A stretch of 64,000 bases of DNA, from NCBI GenBank assembly GCA_963752155.1, contig CAVVXH010000007.1, positions 1 to 64,000 of the forward strand. Reading direction: 5' to 3'. Origin of the DNA: an uncultured Parachlamydiaceae bacterium (GTDB lineage: Bacteria > Chlamydiota > Chlamydiia > Chlamydiales > Parachlamydiaceae). The notes under the pieces are model-generated. The model saw only the letters and a program-made list of their open reading frames with translations. It had not been told where the DNA came from and did no database searches. Positions within the stretch are counted from its first letter, which is position 1. Each line of letters opens with the position of its first letter. Positions 54,690-64,000 of this stretch are shown one piece after another. Both the position numbers and the translations under genes were made by a program.

Positions 54690-56171
54690 ATGGAAAAACA
54701 AATGCTAGCACTAGTGCTTTTATTAGGTCTTTTAGTTGGATGTTCCGTAGGCCCCTCTTATATTTCACCCTACGTTAGGACCCCAACAGAATGGAAAAAT
54801 GAAGGCAATGTTTGTGAAAAAGAGCCCAGAGATCCTTCCTGTGCCTTTGTTTATCTCGATTACTGGTGGGAAGTTTTTGATGATACAAAACTTGAAGAAC
54901 TTGAGATGTTAGCTCTTGAGAACAACCAAAACCTCTTCATTGCTTTTGAAAGAATAAAGGAATTTCGAGCTTTGATGGGGATTGCAGCAGCTGAATTTTA
55001 TCCTCAAATAACTCTTAATCCTCTTTATACCAACACCGGAGAGCTCATACGAAACTACACCTCTCCCGGTCTTTTATCAGCCCTTAACTCTATCTCTTCT
55101 CTACCAAAAACCAGCATGAAACCTTTCCGTGTGCACGAACTGTTGTATTTTCTGCCTCTCAATCTAAGCTATGAGGTCGATTTGTGGGGAAGAATCCAAG
55201 ATCAATATCAATCCGCAAAATATAATTTAGAAGCTCAACAGGCAGATTACGAAGCTGTTATGTTGACATTAACCTCAAATCTAGCTTTTGCTTATTTTCA
55301 ATTAAGAGCTTCTGATAAACAAATAGAGCTGCTTCAAAAGGTTATAAAGACACGTGAAAAGGAATATCAGATCAATCTTGATCGCTATGAGGGAAAAATT
55401 ATTTTTTATGCCGATGTTGCTCTAGCTGCTGAGGAAGTTGGGGATGCTTATATCCAGTATTATGAAGTTCAACGTCAACGTAAAGTTTTGGAAGATCAAA
55501 TTGCCCAGTTGGTTGGCGCACCGGCTTCTGATTTTATTCTAGAGTCAATGCCGTTGGAAGGTCTTCCTCCTTGCATACCTGCAGGGATTCCTTCAGAAGT
55601 GCTAACCCGTCGTCCTGATATTGCAGAAGCAGAATATAAAATGAAAGCTTCTCATAAACTGATAAAAGCAGCTTATACTCAGTATTTTCCTTCACTGATT
55701 TTAAATGGGGCAGTAGGTTTTCAGAGTCCTACTCTTAAAGATTTTCTGCGATGGATTAGTCGTTATTGGATGGAAGAGGTTCAGGTTAATCAGATTATCT
55801 TTGATGGATTTAGAACACCATCTCAAGTGCAATTGCAAATAGCTCGTTTTAAAGAAGCAAGCGGAGCCTATCAACAAACAGTGCTGGTAGCTTTTCAAGA
55901 AGTGGAAGATTCGCTTGCAAATGTTGATTTTTATGCCAAGGAGTATGATGCGAGTGTCACTACAGCTCAATGGGCAGAAAAAGCTTATCAATTGTATTCA
56001 GATCGTTATAAATTAGGACTCATCAATTACATTGATGTCGTCAACACAGAGAGATCATTATTAACATTTCAAATTGCTGTGAATGCTTATCAGGGTTATC
56101 GCTTTCTAGCAACGGTTCAATTGATCCAAGCTTTAGGTGGAGGGTGGTCTGAGGAATCTATTTTTGAATAA
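54690..56171 (+). CDS. Efflux outer-membrane factor lipoprotein (NodT/OprM family)
   Basis: Lipobox LVGC, WWEVFDD, YEVDLWG, RRPDIAEAE, ALGGGW. Confidence 0.93.
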   Translation: MEKQMLALVLLLGLLVGCSVGPSYISPYVRTPTEWKNEGNVCEKEPRDPSCAFVYLDYWWEVFDDTKLEELEMLALENNQNLFIAFERIKEFRALMGIAAAEFYPQITLNPLYTNTGELIRNYTSPGLLSALNSISSLPKTSMKPFRVHELLYFLPLNLSYEVDLWGRIQDQYQSAKYNLEAQQADYEAVMLTLTSNLAFAYFQLRASDKQIELLQKVIKTREKEYQINLDRYEGKIIFYADVALAAEEVGDAYIQYYEVQRQRKVLEDQIAQLVGAPASDFILESMPLEGLPPCIPAGIPSEVLTRRPDIAEAEYKMKASHKLIKAAYTQYFPSLILNGAVGFQSPTLKDFLRWISRYWMEEVQVNQIIFDGFRTPSQVQLQIARFKEASGAYQQTVLVAFQEVEDSLANVDFYAKEYDASVTTAQWAEKAYQLYSDRYKLGLINYIDVVNTERSLLTFQIAVNAYQGYRFLATVQLIQALGGGWSEESIFE

Positions 56172-56173
56172 GA

Positions 56174-57631
56174 TTAATCAAAAAAATCTTCCAGAGTTAT
56201 TTCGTAGTTGACAAACTCTGTCGAGTATTCATTCTTTCGCAATCCAAAAGGAGTAATAAATGTTAAGAATATAGTTTTTCTTGTTTTAGATTTTTCTCTA
56301 AAGATGTGAATTTTGTATTGTAATTCTTTAGCATAGTTTTGATCGATTGTAAATTCGCTATGATAGAATTTTATTTCACATAAATTAATACAGTCATCTT
56401 TTCGATCTATAACAAGATCGACCTGAGCTCCTTTTTCAGATTTATTTTTCGGCCTATATGACCACTGAGATTCATGAGTTAAAACAGCAGCTACGCCTAG
56501 CTTTTTTTTTATTTGTGAAACATGTTTGAAACAAATGCTTTCAAAAGCATAACCTGCCCAGGTTTTCCACCTAGGATCGTTATGCATTTTTAGCCAATAG
56601 TCCTTATCATTTCCTAAAACAATACTGTTTTTTACAGGTTCCATCCAAGAAATATAGAAATAGGAATACTCATCAATTAACCAAAGTTTTTTATTTTTTG
56701 CTTTTTTTAAAAATTCAGGGCACGCAGCAATAAAACCTGATTCTTCCAATTCTTCTAAAATGGAAGATGATTGCCCACCGGAAGGGATGTTTAAATTTTC
56801 TAAAAGATCTTTTTGGGAAATACCACTTTTTTTTTCAGCTAATCCTTTGACAATTTGAAGGTGTTTTTGAGAATCATCAAAGAGAGATTGGTAAAGATTG
56901 TTAAATTCTCCAACCAATTGGCCTTGAGGAGTAAAGCACAATCGATTGATAATTTGAGCAACTGATTCTCCGGGTTGAATATACGTCAAATATTTTGCTA
57001 TCCCACCAACTGCCATATAGAGTTCAATGATTTGTTTTCGCGATAATTTTATGTGTTGTGAGAAAAGAAATTTTTCTGTTTCGTCTAGAGTGAATGCATT
57101 AAGTTTTATTATTTCACTCAGACGACCATAAAGTCCCCCCTTATTGTTAATTATTTTTTTTATAATCCAGTTAGCTGCTGACCCGCATACAATTAGAATG
57201 ATGTTATTTAAATGAGAGAAATATTGATTCCAAATATATTCAAGGGCCGGTAAAAATCCTGATCGATTTGAGGCTAACCAGGGTAATTCATCAAAAAAAA
57301 TGATGACTTTTTTTGAAGTATCTATTTTTGCGACAACCTCTTTAAGAGCATACAAAGCTTCATCCCAGTCTGTAGGTTCTTTAGAATGTGTAAAATGAGA
57401 GAAGCAGTTTAATAGTTCACGATAAAATTTACGTAATTGTAGTTTTTTATTACTATTGGCGCTGCCAGTTACACAAAAATATACACCTTTATTTTTAAAA
57501 TACTCATGTATAAGAAACGTCTTCCCGACACGTCTTCGGCCATAAATCGCTAAAAATTCAGGTTTATTTGAATTGAATAAACGGTCAAGTATTTTTATTT
57601 CGTCTGCTCTGCCAAAAATCACGTCATTCAT
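56174..57631 (-). CDS. AAA ATPase (ATPase_2 type) with C-terminal PD-(D/E)XK-like domain
   Basis: IFGRADE, GRRRVGKT, FFDELPW, QVDLVIDR...CEIK. Confidence 0.9.
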   Translation of the reverse strand: MNDVIFGRADEIKILDRLFNSNKPEFLAIYGRRRVGKTFLIHEYFKNKGVYFCVTGSANSNKKLQLRKFYRELLNCFSHFTHSKEPTDWDEALYALKEVVAKIDTSKKVIIFFDELPWLASNRSGFLPALEYIWNQYFSHLNNIILIVCGSAANWIIKKIINNKGGLYGRLSEIIKLNAFTLDETEKFLFSQHIKLSRKQIIELYMAVGGIAKYLTYIQPGESVAQIINRLCFTPQGQLVGEFNNLYQSLFDDSQKHLQIVKGLAEKKSGISQKDLLENLNIPSGGQSSSILEELEESGFIAACPEFLKKAKNKKLWLIDEYSYFYISWMEPVKNSIVLGNDKDYWLKMHNDPRWKTWAGYAFESICFKHVSQIKKKLGVAAVLTHESQWSYRPKNKSEKGAQVDLVIDRKDDCINLCEIKFYHSEFTIDQNYAKELQYKIHIFREKSKTRKTIFLTFITPFGLRKNEYSTEFVNYEITLEDFFD

Positions 57632-57680
57632 ATCGTATCCTTTTAGATTTATTATACATTTTAGGATCCCAAAAAGCAAG

Positions 57681-57766
57681 AGATAGCGCTGATTTGCGCA
57701 TCAAATCAGCGAAATCGATGAAAAAAACATAGATAGCGCTAATTTGCGCATCAAATCAGCGGAATC
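57681..57766. repeat. Tandem pair of hairpins upstream of ATPase
   Basis: agatagcgctgatttgcgcatcaaatcagcg at 57681 and 57731. Confidence 0.7.
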
Positions 57767-57788
57767 CGGATCCAAAATATAATTTTTT

Positions 57789-58284
57789 TTAACGCAAAGC
57801 GAGACAGTTGCCTGCGGCGCTCCTATCGGGAAATAACAGATTTTTAAAGCGCCTTGCCATTGGTGCCTGACCTGATATTCTGACATTTGCCTACAATGAT
57901 AACGTAACCTCCCAGGAGGGCAAATGTCAGAATGTCAGGTCTGGAACCAAGGCTAAACGTTACCTCTCAGAATTTAGTATCTTGTTATTAATTGAAAACG
58001 ACGCTTTTTTCAGTTGCGTAAATCTTGGGGGTAAGGGACTGTGCAATAATAGCTTGCACGATTGGGCTTTGGCGCAGCCCAATCGTGCAAGTTATTGTTG
58101 CACAGTCCCTAACGTTCCAGCCTTGGTTCCAGACCTGACATTCTGACATTTGCCCTTTAGGAAGCAATGTTATCGCATTGGCAAATGTCAGAATATCAGG
58201 TCAGGCACCAATGGCAAGGCGCTTTAAAAATTTGTTATTTCCCGGTAGGGGGCACCTCAGACAACTGTCTCGCTTTGTGTTTAA
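57789..58284. mobile_element. Nested composite palindromic element
   Basis: Outer ~60-bp IRs; GCCTTG hairpins at 57851-57953 and 58120-58220; inserted MITE at 58035-58109. Confidence 0.8.
58035..58109. mobile_element. 75-bp MITE with TAA target-site duplication
   Basis: TAA-gggactgtgcaa...ttgcacagtccc-TAA; empty site at 25768-25770 and 1465-1467. Confidence 0.85.
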
Positions 58285-58300
58285 TCTTTCCTAAACTTTT

Positions 58301-59575
58301 TTAGGTTAATTGTATTTCTTCGACTTTTTTGATGCCAATCAAGTGACAACACATTGCTGAAAAGAGTGCAAAGGCTATGAGCACCCAAATTAGGCTGCTA
58401 GGACTAGTTGTTAGGCCAATCAGTGCAGTGAGTAAAAGGGGGAGGGTAGCCATCAAAGAATAACTAACGTTATAACAAGCTGCAATTCCAGTGTAGCGCA
58501 TTCTTGTAGGGAATAAGGATGCCAAAATCGAGTAATAGCAGCTGCTTACATAAGCTAAGACAGTCTGATACAAAATCATAAATATAAGCAAAGCACTAAA
58601 AATCTGAAATTTTAAAAGCGCAAATAAAGGAAAAATTGCGGCGACAAAGAGAAGCGCAGTTGAAGAAAATAGCACTCGTTTGTCGATGGAGTCAGCTAGT
58701 CGACCACAAATGGGTAGGATGATTGCAGACCAAAGCATGCTTAGAAGTATGGATAAATAGACATCGGACGAAATAAACCCGAAATGCGTTGTCAGGTATG
58801 TGGGAAGATAAAGAGCCACAATGACTAAACTCGAAACAAAAAATGTCATACCAATGCCTAGAAATAGCTGCCACCTGTATAAGCAAAAAAGTTCAGTGAG
58901 TGGATCTTTTATGGCACCCTGTTTTGAATGATTTTTTTGTAACATTGAGAACTCGGGTGTTTCTTGCAAATTGTTCCTGATGTAATAATTAGCAACCGCT
59001 AGAAATCCTCCTAATAGAAAGGGGATGCGCCAACCCCAATTCAAAATTTGGTCTTTTGAGATCGTTCCGGAGAGTAGGTAGAGCACCAGAGAGGCTAACA
59101 TCGCTCCGATGCTCGTGCTGGCGACCACAATGCTTGTACAAGCCCCTTGATTTTGTTTTTCAGCATATTCACATACAACTGTCATGGCTCCTGGAAGCTC
59201 TGCGCCAAATGAAATTCCCTGTAACAGTCGAAAGAAGACCAAAAGGCAAGGCGCCAAACCTCCGATTTGCGCGTAAGTAGGTAAGAGACCTATTCCAAAC
59301 GTTGCTGCAGCCATAAGGAACATGACTGTGAGAAAGGTTTTTTTTCGTCCAAAGGTGTCACCAGTCATGCCAAAAAAAATACCTCCTAGAGGACGAGCAA
59401 GATAACCTACAGCAAAGATGGCAAAGGTTTTTATTTGACCAAGCCAAGCTTCATTTTCTACAAAAAATAACGTGCTTAAATATTCAGCCATCATCCCATA
59501 GATGATGAAATCGAAATATTCTAAGCCAGCTCCTAAACTAGATAGCCAGGCAGCTTTGCGAGCCTCTATTGTCAT
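58301..59575 (-). CDS. MFS transporter (MHS/ProP family)
   Basis: LEYFDFIIY, RPLGGIFFG..GD.FGRK, RLLQGISFGAE, WGWRIPFLLG. Confidence 0.92.
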   Translation of the reverse strand: MTIEARKAAWLSSLGAGLEYFDFIIYGMMAEYLSTLFFVENEAWLGQIKTFAIFAVGYLARPLGGIFFGMTGDTFGRKKTFLTVMFLMAAATFGIGLLPTYAQIGGLAPCLLVFFRLLQGISFGAELPGAMTVVCEYAEKQNQGACTSIVVASTSIGAMLASLVLYLLSGTISKDQILNWGWRIPFLLGGFLAVANYYIRNNLQETPEFSMLQKNHSKQGAIKDPLTELFCLYRWQLFLGIGMTFFVSSLVIVALYLPTYLTTHFGFISSDVYLSILLSMLWSAIILPICGRLADSIDKRVLFSSTALLFVAAIFPLFALLKFQIFSALLIFMILYQTVLAYVSSCYYSILASLFPTRMRYTGIAACYNVSYSLMATLPLLLTALIGLTTSPSSLIWVLIAFALFSAMCCHLIGIKKVEEIQLT

Positions 59576-59748
59576 TTACTATTTCCTCCAAGAATGGATT
59601 GCTTTTTTTTTGGTTTATCTGTACGATTTAGAACGATGTTATCGTCAAAAGCGCAATACTTTGAGAAGTGTCTCGATTTTTCTCCATAATTGCAATATTT
59701 TAATTGCGGTTTTAGCAATTTCCTCAATATCTTTCTTAAGGATGATTT

Positions 59749-60651
59749 ATGAATAAATTCATAACTAAAAAATTAACATATCTTTTCGCATTGGCATCGT
59801 TTTGTTGTGCCAATGGTGCTTTGTATGCAGAATTTTTATTGTTCAAACCTGGCAATAAAGCTTCTTATACGATATCTCAAAAAATAGTTTCAGAGTACGG
59901 AATTTTTAATGAGACAACATATACTCAATCAGAGGCGATAATCGATTTAGACATAAAAGTTTTATCCTCAAATCGAGAGACATTAAGCTATCCGTTTGAG
60001 GTTGAAGTTACACTAAAAAAAGTTCTTATTTCTGAAATTCAACAAAATGATTATAGTTCAACAACTATAAGATATGATTCTAATGGTTTAGAAGTTAATG
60101 CTTTAACAGAATATTTCGATAAGCTAATTGATTACCCTTTAGTTTTTAGAGTAAAAAAGGACTTTCAGATTGAAGAAACTACAAGTTATTTAAATTCGCT
60201 TGATGAAAAATTTGATTCTCCTTCGCCAATGGGGCTTTTTGGCACGACTCCTTGGACTTTCGAACTTCTACTAACACAACTATTTCATCTTTCAGGAGAA
60301 AATCTCCTATCAACAAATTCATATCCTGTAAGTTGCTATCAATTCTTAAATTGGGAAGATGAAGCTTTAGATGAACGAGAAAGTTGCATAGATCAAACGG
60401 GTGCTTATAAAGTAAATGCTATCGATTCGAAAAAGATCGAAGCTTCTTGGATAGGAAATGCTAAAGTAACAAGCTCTGAAGATTACATGAACATGAAAGG
60501 AAAAGTGTCCGTTATAGGAAATGTAACATGGAACATCGCTAATCCTATGATCCAAAAGCGTGATTTAGAAGTTAAAATAGAACAAAAGTACAATGGAATT
60601 TTTCCCGCTCATGTTAAGATGTCTGCACAACAAACATGGCGGCCAGTTTAA
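59749..60651 (+). CDS. Secreted hypothetical protein
   Basis: Signal-peptide-like N-terminus; 300-aa ORF. Confidence 0.7.
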   Translation: MNKFITKKLTYLFALASFCCANGALYAEFLLFKPGNKASYTISQKIVSEYGIFNETTYTQSEAIIDLDIKVLSSNRETLSYPFEVEVTLKKVLISEIQQNDYSSTTIRYDSNGLEVNALTEYFDKLIDYPLVFRVKKDFQIEETTSYLNSLDEKFDSPSPMGLFGTTPWTFELLLTQLFHLSGENLLSTNSYPVSCYQFLNWEDEALDERESCIDQTGAYKVNAIDSKKIEASWIGNAKVTSSEDYMNMKGKVSVIGNVTWNIANPMIQKRDLEVKIEQKYNGIFPAHVKMSAQQTWRPV

Positions 60652-60667
60652 TTTTGCTCATTATGAT

Positions 60668-61654
60668 CAGCAATTCCAGCTAATTTTCTGGCACGGGCAC
60701 GCACGCGGGCACCCTATTTTCCGCAGGTAAAAGTGATGCAATTTTGTGATGCCTTACTGATGTCAACCACCATGGAAAACGATCCCCCTTGGCGAGGACA
60801 GCCAAGCTGGTTGTTTTTGATTGGCAAAATAGATTATCATATTAAATTATCCTGCGGAGGTCTGCCAATAATGTTTCTTTTCAATTCCTAGCATTTATAA
60901 GTATGCTCAAATGCAAATCAGATAGTTCATCATGATAATGTTCAATGATGTCACCACCTTCCTCAATTATCATTCTTATCCTTATTATCGTTCCTATCGT
61001 TCTTATCGTTCTTATCGTTCTTATCGTTCCTATCGTTTATACCGTTGATCTACAGTAGCAACAGAATGTATCAAGCTGTGAACATCAATGAAATTTCAGT
61101 AAAATAAGCTCAAAATACCCTGTGAGTTAGATATGTAGACGTAATCAACGATGCAACGATAAAAATGATAAAAACGATGCAACGATAAAAATGATAAAAA
61201 CGATAAGAACGATAAGAACGATAAAAACGATAAAAACGATAAGAACGATAAAAACGATGCAACGATAAAAATGATAAAAACGATAAGAACGATAAAAACG
61301 ATAAGAACGATAAAAACGATAATTGAAGAAGGTGGTGACATCATTGAACATTTAATTATCGAAGATATCGGAAGATACTTAGAGAATTAAATGAGATTGA
61401 TAAGAAAGTCAAAAATCTTTTTAACGAGAAGGAGAAAGAATTAATTCAAAAAAGCTCAAAAGGAAGGTCGTATTTATTGATTGAAGGAGAGGTGATTTCG
61501 GGGTCAAATTTGAAAAATGTTCCGAAAAAGGAATAAAAAAAAGTGTAGACCTAACTCCACACACTAGTATACAATGTTTTTCGGATAAAATCTTGCATCA
61601 CTTTTACCTGCGGAAAGTAAGGGGCACGGGCACGAAAATTAGCGGGAATTGCTG
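60668..61654. mobile_element. Three-layer nested non-autonomous element with 9-bp TSD CATTATGAT
   Basis: 21-bp TIRs cagcaattcc(a/c)gctaattttc; inner element 60713-61622 with GGCAC TSD; innermost IR-bounded unit 60937-61352. Confidence 0.8.
60968..61320. repeat. Two inverted 9-bp tandem arrays (tatcgttct)n and (aacgataaa/g)n
   Basis: Arrays at ~60968-61040 and ~61147-61320. Confidence 0.85.
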
Positions 61655-61725
61655 CATTATGATTGTTTTTATTGACCAGTTGCAGCTTTCAGTATATCAT
61701 TCTTATAGTACTTAAGAAAGGAAAT

Positions 61726-61923
61726 AAAAATGATATTGCTTTCAAAATGATTTTTGGGACAGAAAAAAATAAAGATATCCTCATTCATTTTTTAAATGAT
61801 ATGATTGCTTTTAAACAAGGTGAACTTATTGTTGACGTTACTTTCCTAAATACTGTTCAGAATCCGGAAATCGCCACTAAAAAAACAAGCATTGTAGATA
61901 TTCTATGCAAGGACCAGAAGAAA
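61726..61923 (+). pseudogene. Rpn family nuclease N-terminal fragment
   Basis: KNDIAFKMIFGTEKNKDILIHFLND...TSIVDILCKDQ; paralogue of 34891-35805. Confidence 0.8.
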
Positions 61924-62063
61924 TCAAGATTATCTTACTCCCTTTCAATTTGCTGCAATAAGTGGTGGTGATTAAATCCACTGATTGTTTTTGTGTTCAT
62001 TATTCCCTAGCCAAATAGCTTTCAGTATGATATGATCTTTATTTAGTCTTAAGAGGAAAGAGA

Positions 62064-62612
62064 ATGGAAACTGCTTATGTTGGTCTTGGGGGAAATGTTG
62101 GTAATGCAGCTCAGACTATAACCAAAGCAGCGTTAGCGATTCAGGCACTTCATTTTATAAAAGAATTTAAGATTTCAAAATATTATCGAACGACTCCTGT
62201 CAGCTCCATTCCGCAAGACCATTACGTCAATGCTGTTTGTTCATTTAAAACGTCATTCGGCCCTGTAGAGCTTTTTAATGAACTTGAACATATTTCTACC
62301 TTGTTAGGTAAAATTCCAAAACCTAAACAAGCTCCAAGAATAATAGATTTGGATTTGCTCTTTTTTGGCGAAAGATTATTTGATGATGGAAATTTACAAG
62401 TGCCTCATCCTCAGTGGAAAAATCGACTTTTTGTTCTAATTCCTCTCCTAGATCTCACAGACAAGATCTTAGAGCCCACATTAGCTGGAGACCTACTCAT
62501 CAATCTTAAAGAATATATACAAAACTTCCCTAACATTCATCAAGAGGTGATTGTTCCATTAAAAGAAAAATTTTACGGAGGTAAACATGAAGCAACGACA
62601 AATTCCCATTAA
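62064..62612 (+). CDS. folK: 6-hydroxymethyl-7,8-dihydropterin pyrophosphokinase
   Basis: YVGLGGNVG, PRIIDLDLL, LQVPHP, RLFVLIPL. Confidence 0.92.
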   Translation: METAYVGLGGNVGNAAQTITKAALAIQALHFIKEFKISKYYRTTPVSSIPQDHYVNAVCSFKTSFGPVELFNELEHISTLLGKIPKPKQAPRIIDLDLLFFGERLFDDGNLQVPHPQWKNRLFVLIPLLDLTDKILEPTLAGDLLINLKEYIQNFPNIHQEVIVPLKEKFYGGKHEATTNSH

Positions 62613-63411
62613 GGATTTTTTTATTGGCAATGGTGCTCCATTAGTCCTTATTTCAGGTCCTTGTGTGATTGAAGGCGAGGAGCATGCTTTTCGAGCCGCA
62701 GAAACCCTGAAAAAAATTTGTTCAGAAGTTCAAATTCCTTTCATTTATAAATCAAGTTATGACAAAGCTAATCGTTCTTCATTGCATACTTTTCGTGGAC
62801 CTGGACTTGACGAAGGGTTACGCATTCTAGAGCGTATTAAACGTGAATTGGATTTGCCAGTCGTTACAGATGTGCATTCTCCTGAAGAAGCAAAAATCGT
62901 AGGCCAAGTCTGTGATATGATTCAAATTCCGGCCTTTTTATGCCGACAAACAGACTTAGTTGTTGCAGCAGCTTCAACTAAGGCGGTGGTGTCAGTTAAA
63001 AAAGGTCAATTTATGGCTCCTTGGGATATGGAAAATGTTGTCCACAAAGTTCAACATTCCGGAAATCCTAATGTTCTTCTCATTGATCGTGGGGTTTCTT
63101 TCGGTTATAATAATTTAGTTAGCGATATGCGGGCCATTCCGATCATGCAGAATTTTGGTGTTCCGGTTTGTTTTGATGCCACCCATTCTGTGCAGCTTCC
63201 AGGGGGCCAAGGGACGAGTTCTGGCGGTCAACGGGAATTTATTGAAGTTTTGGCAAAAGCTGCGATTGCTGCTGGAGCAGATTGCTTATTTATGGAATCT
63301 CATCCGAATCCTGCCATGGCAAAAAGCGACAAAGATTCTGTCATCTCATTTGAAACCCTTCCTGCTTTGTTGAGGAAACTCAAGCGTCTTTATGAAGTCG
63401 TCCATGAATAG
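62587..63411 (+). CDS. kdsA: KDO-8-phosphate synthase
   Basis: GPCVIE, KSSYDKANRSS, IPAFLCRQTDL, KKGQF, DATHSVQ. Confidence 0.96.
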   Translation: MKQRQIPIKDFFIGNGAPLVLISGPCVIEGEEHAFRAAETLKKICSEVQIPFIYKSSYDKANRSSLHTFRGPGLDEGLRILERIKRELDLPVVTDVHSPEEAKIVGQVCDMIQIPAFLCRQTDLVVAAASTKAVVSVKKGQFMAPWDMENVVHKVQHSGNPNVLLIDRGVSFGYNNLVSDMRAIPIMQNFGVPVCFDATHSVQLPGGQGTSSGGQREFIEVLAKAAIAAGADCLFMESHPNPAMAKSDKDSVISFETLPALLRKLKRLYEVVHE

Positions 63412-64000
63412 TTTTCTTCCTACGGCAATGGTTTCTTTGGTCACCTTAATCCTATTAGCTTATGGCGTTGGTCACCAGATTTTCCATGCCACCCCTGAAG
63501 ATTTCAATCTTTATAAAAGCTTAATGGCTGAGGCCAATCCTAATCTTGTTAATCAAACTGAAAAAGCTGCCTACACAGCTACTCAAAAGCAACAGAGTGT
63601 ACGCAAAGACATTTATTTTTCAAAGGGCCTTGATCGACTTCATTTTCTCTTAGCTTGCAGCGATGTGAATGCCATTTTTGATCATCAATCGGGCAAAACA
63701 GAGTTGATGGAAGAACTGACCGATGTGCGTTTCTTAGCGCAACAAGAGCTATTTTATGCAGACTCAGCGAATGGACGCCATTTGCAGAAAGAGGATCCGT
63801 TGGCCTTTCCTTGGCAAAAAATCTATCGTGGATCTGCTCATAAGGTTTTTTTTTCTTATAAAAAATGGACCTTTACTGCTGATAAATTGCAAATTGTTGA
63901 GTATGAAATCCCTGGTCATGAGATTTTTGTTGAAACTGAGGAAAAGCCTTTTTCTGAGTTGTTAATGAGCCTTGAAGCCTTAAAGGCTTCTTACAATGGA
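63404..64000 (+). CDS. Chlamydial DUF1137-like membrane-anchored protein, runs off window end
   Basis: Open frame MNSFLPTAMVSLVTLILLAYG...QKQQSVRKDIYF overlapping the kdsA stop; matches chlamydial gene order. Confidence 0.55.
   Translation, partial: MNSFLPTAMVSLVTLILLAYGVGHQIFHATPEDFNLYKSLMAEANPNLVNQTEKAAYTATQKQQSVRKDIYFSKGLDRLHFLLACSDVNAIFDHQSGKTELMEELTDVRFLAQQELFYADSANGRHLQKEDPLAFPWQKIYRGSAHKVFFSYKKWTFTADKLQIVEYEIPGHEIFVETEEKPFSELLMSLEALKASYNG

Noticed and set aside
44470..55991. Many 60-110 aa antisense or alternate-frame ORFs in the ORF track
   Set aside because: Shadow frames of well-supported men and efflux genes, with no recognisable motifs
60968..61320. CRISPR array
   Set aside because: 9-bp tandem units without unique spacers; no cas genes
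61096..61351. ORFs with IVFIVL / SFLSFL / YRFYRS repeats
   Set aside because: By-products of the 9-bp tandem array
1..64000. tRNA, rRNA or an autonomous IS transposase
   Set aside because: None recognised by eye; tRNAscan-SE and ISEScan would be needed to exclude them formally

Overview
AT-rich bacterial DNA, most likely from an environmental chlamydia (Parachlamydiales-like). This is inferred from a DUF648-like protein, kdsA followed by a DUF1137-like gene, F-box/ankyrin effector-like proteins, Rpn and AAA-ATPase paralogues, and a classical men operon. Bases 1-~27230 form one giant inverted repeat centred at ~13621. The centre contains a degraded Oxford Nanopore ligation-adapter sequence and falls mid-gene, so the left arm (1-13604, many frameshifts) is very probably an unsplit fold-back read artefact. 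Two genes nevertheless differ between the arms by codon-structured divergence. The unique part (13.6-64 kb) holds accessory metabolic genes, effector candidates (ANK+F-box-like+CaaX protein; tandem-duplicated NLS-bearing protein), a conflict-gene neighbourhood (YefM-YoeB, cNMP-patatin, Rpn, AAA-ATPase/nuclease), a Hen1-Pnkp RNA-repair operon bracketed by repeats beside a duplicated menE 3' end, menFDHBCE, an RND efflux set, an MFS transporter and folK-kdsA. Intergenic regions carry several families of palindromic, nested non-autonomous mobile elements, some with clear target-site duplications.
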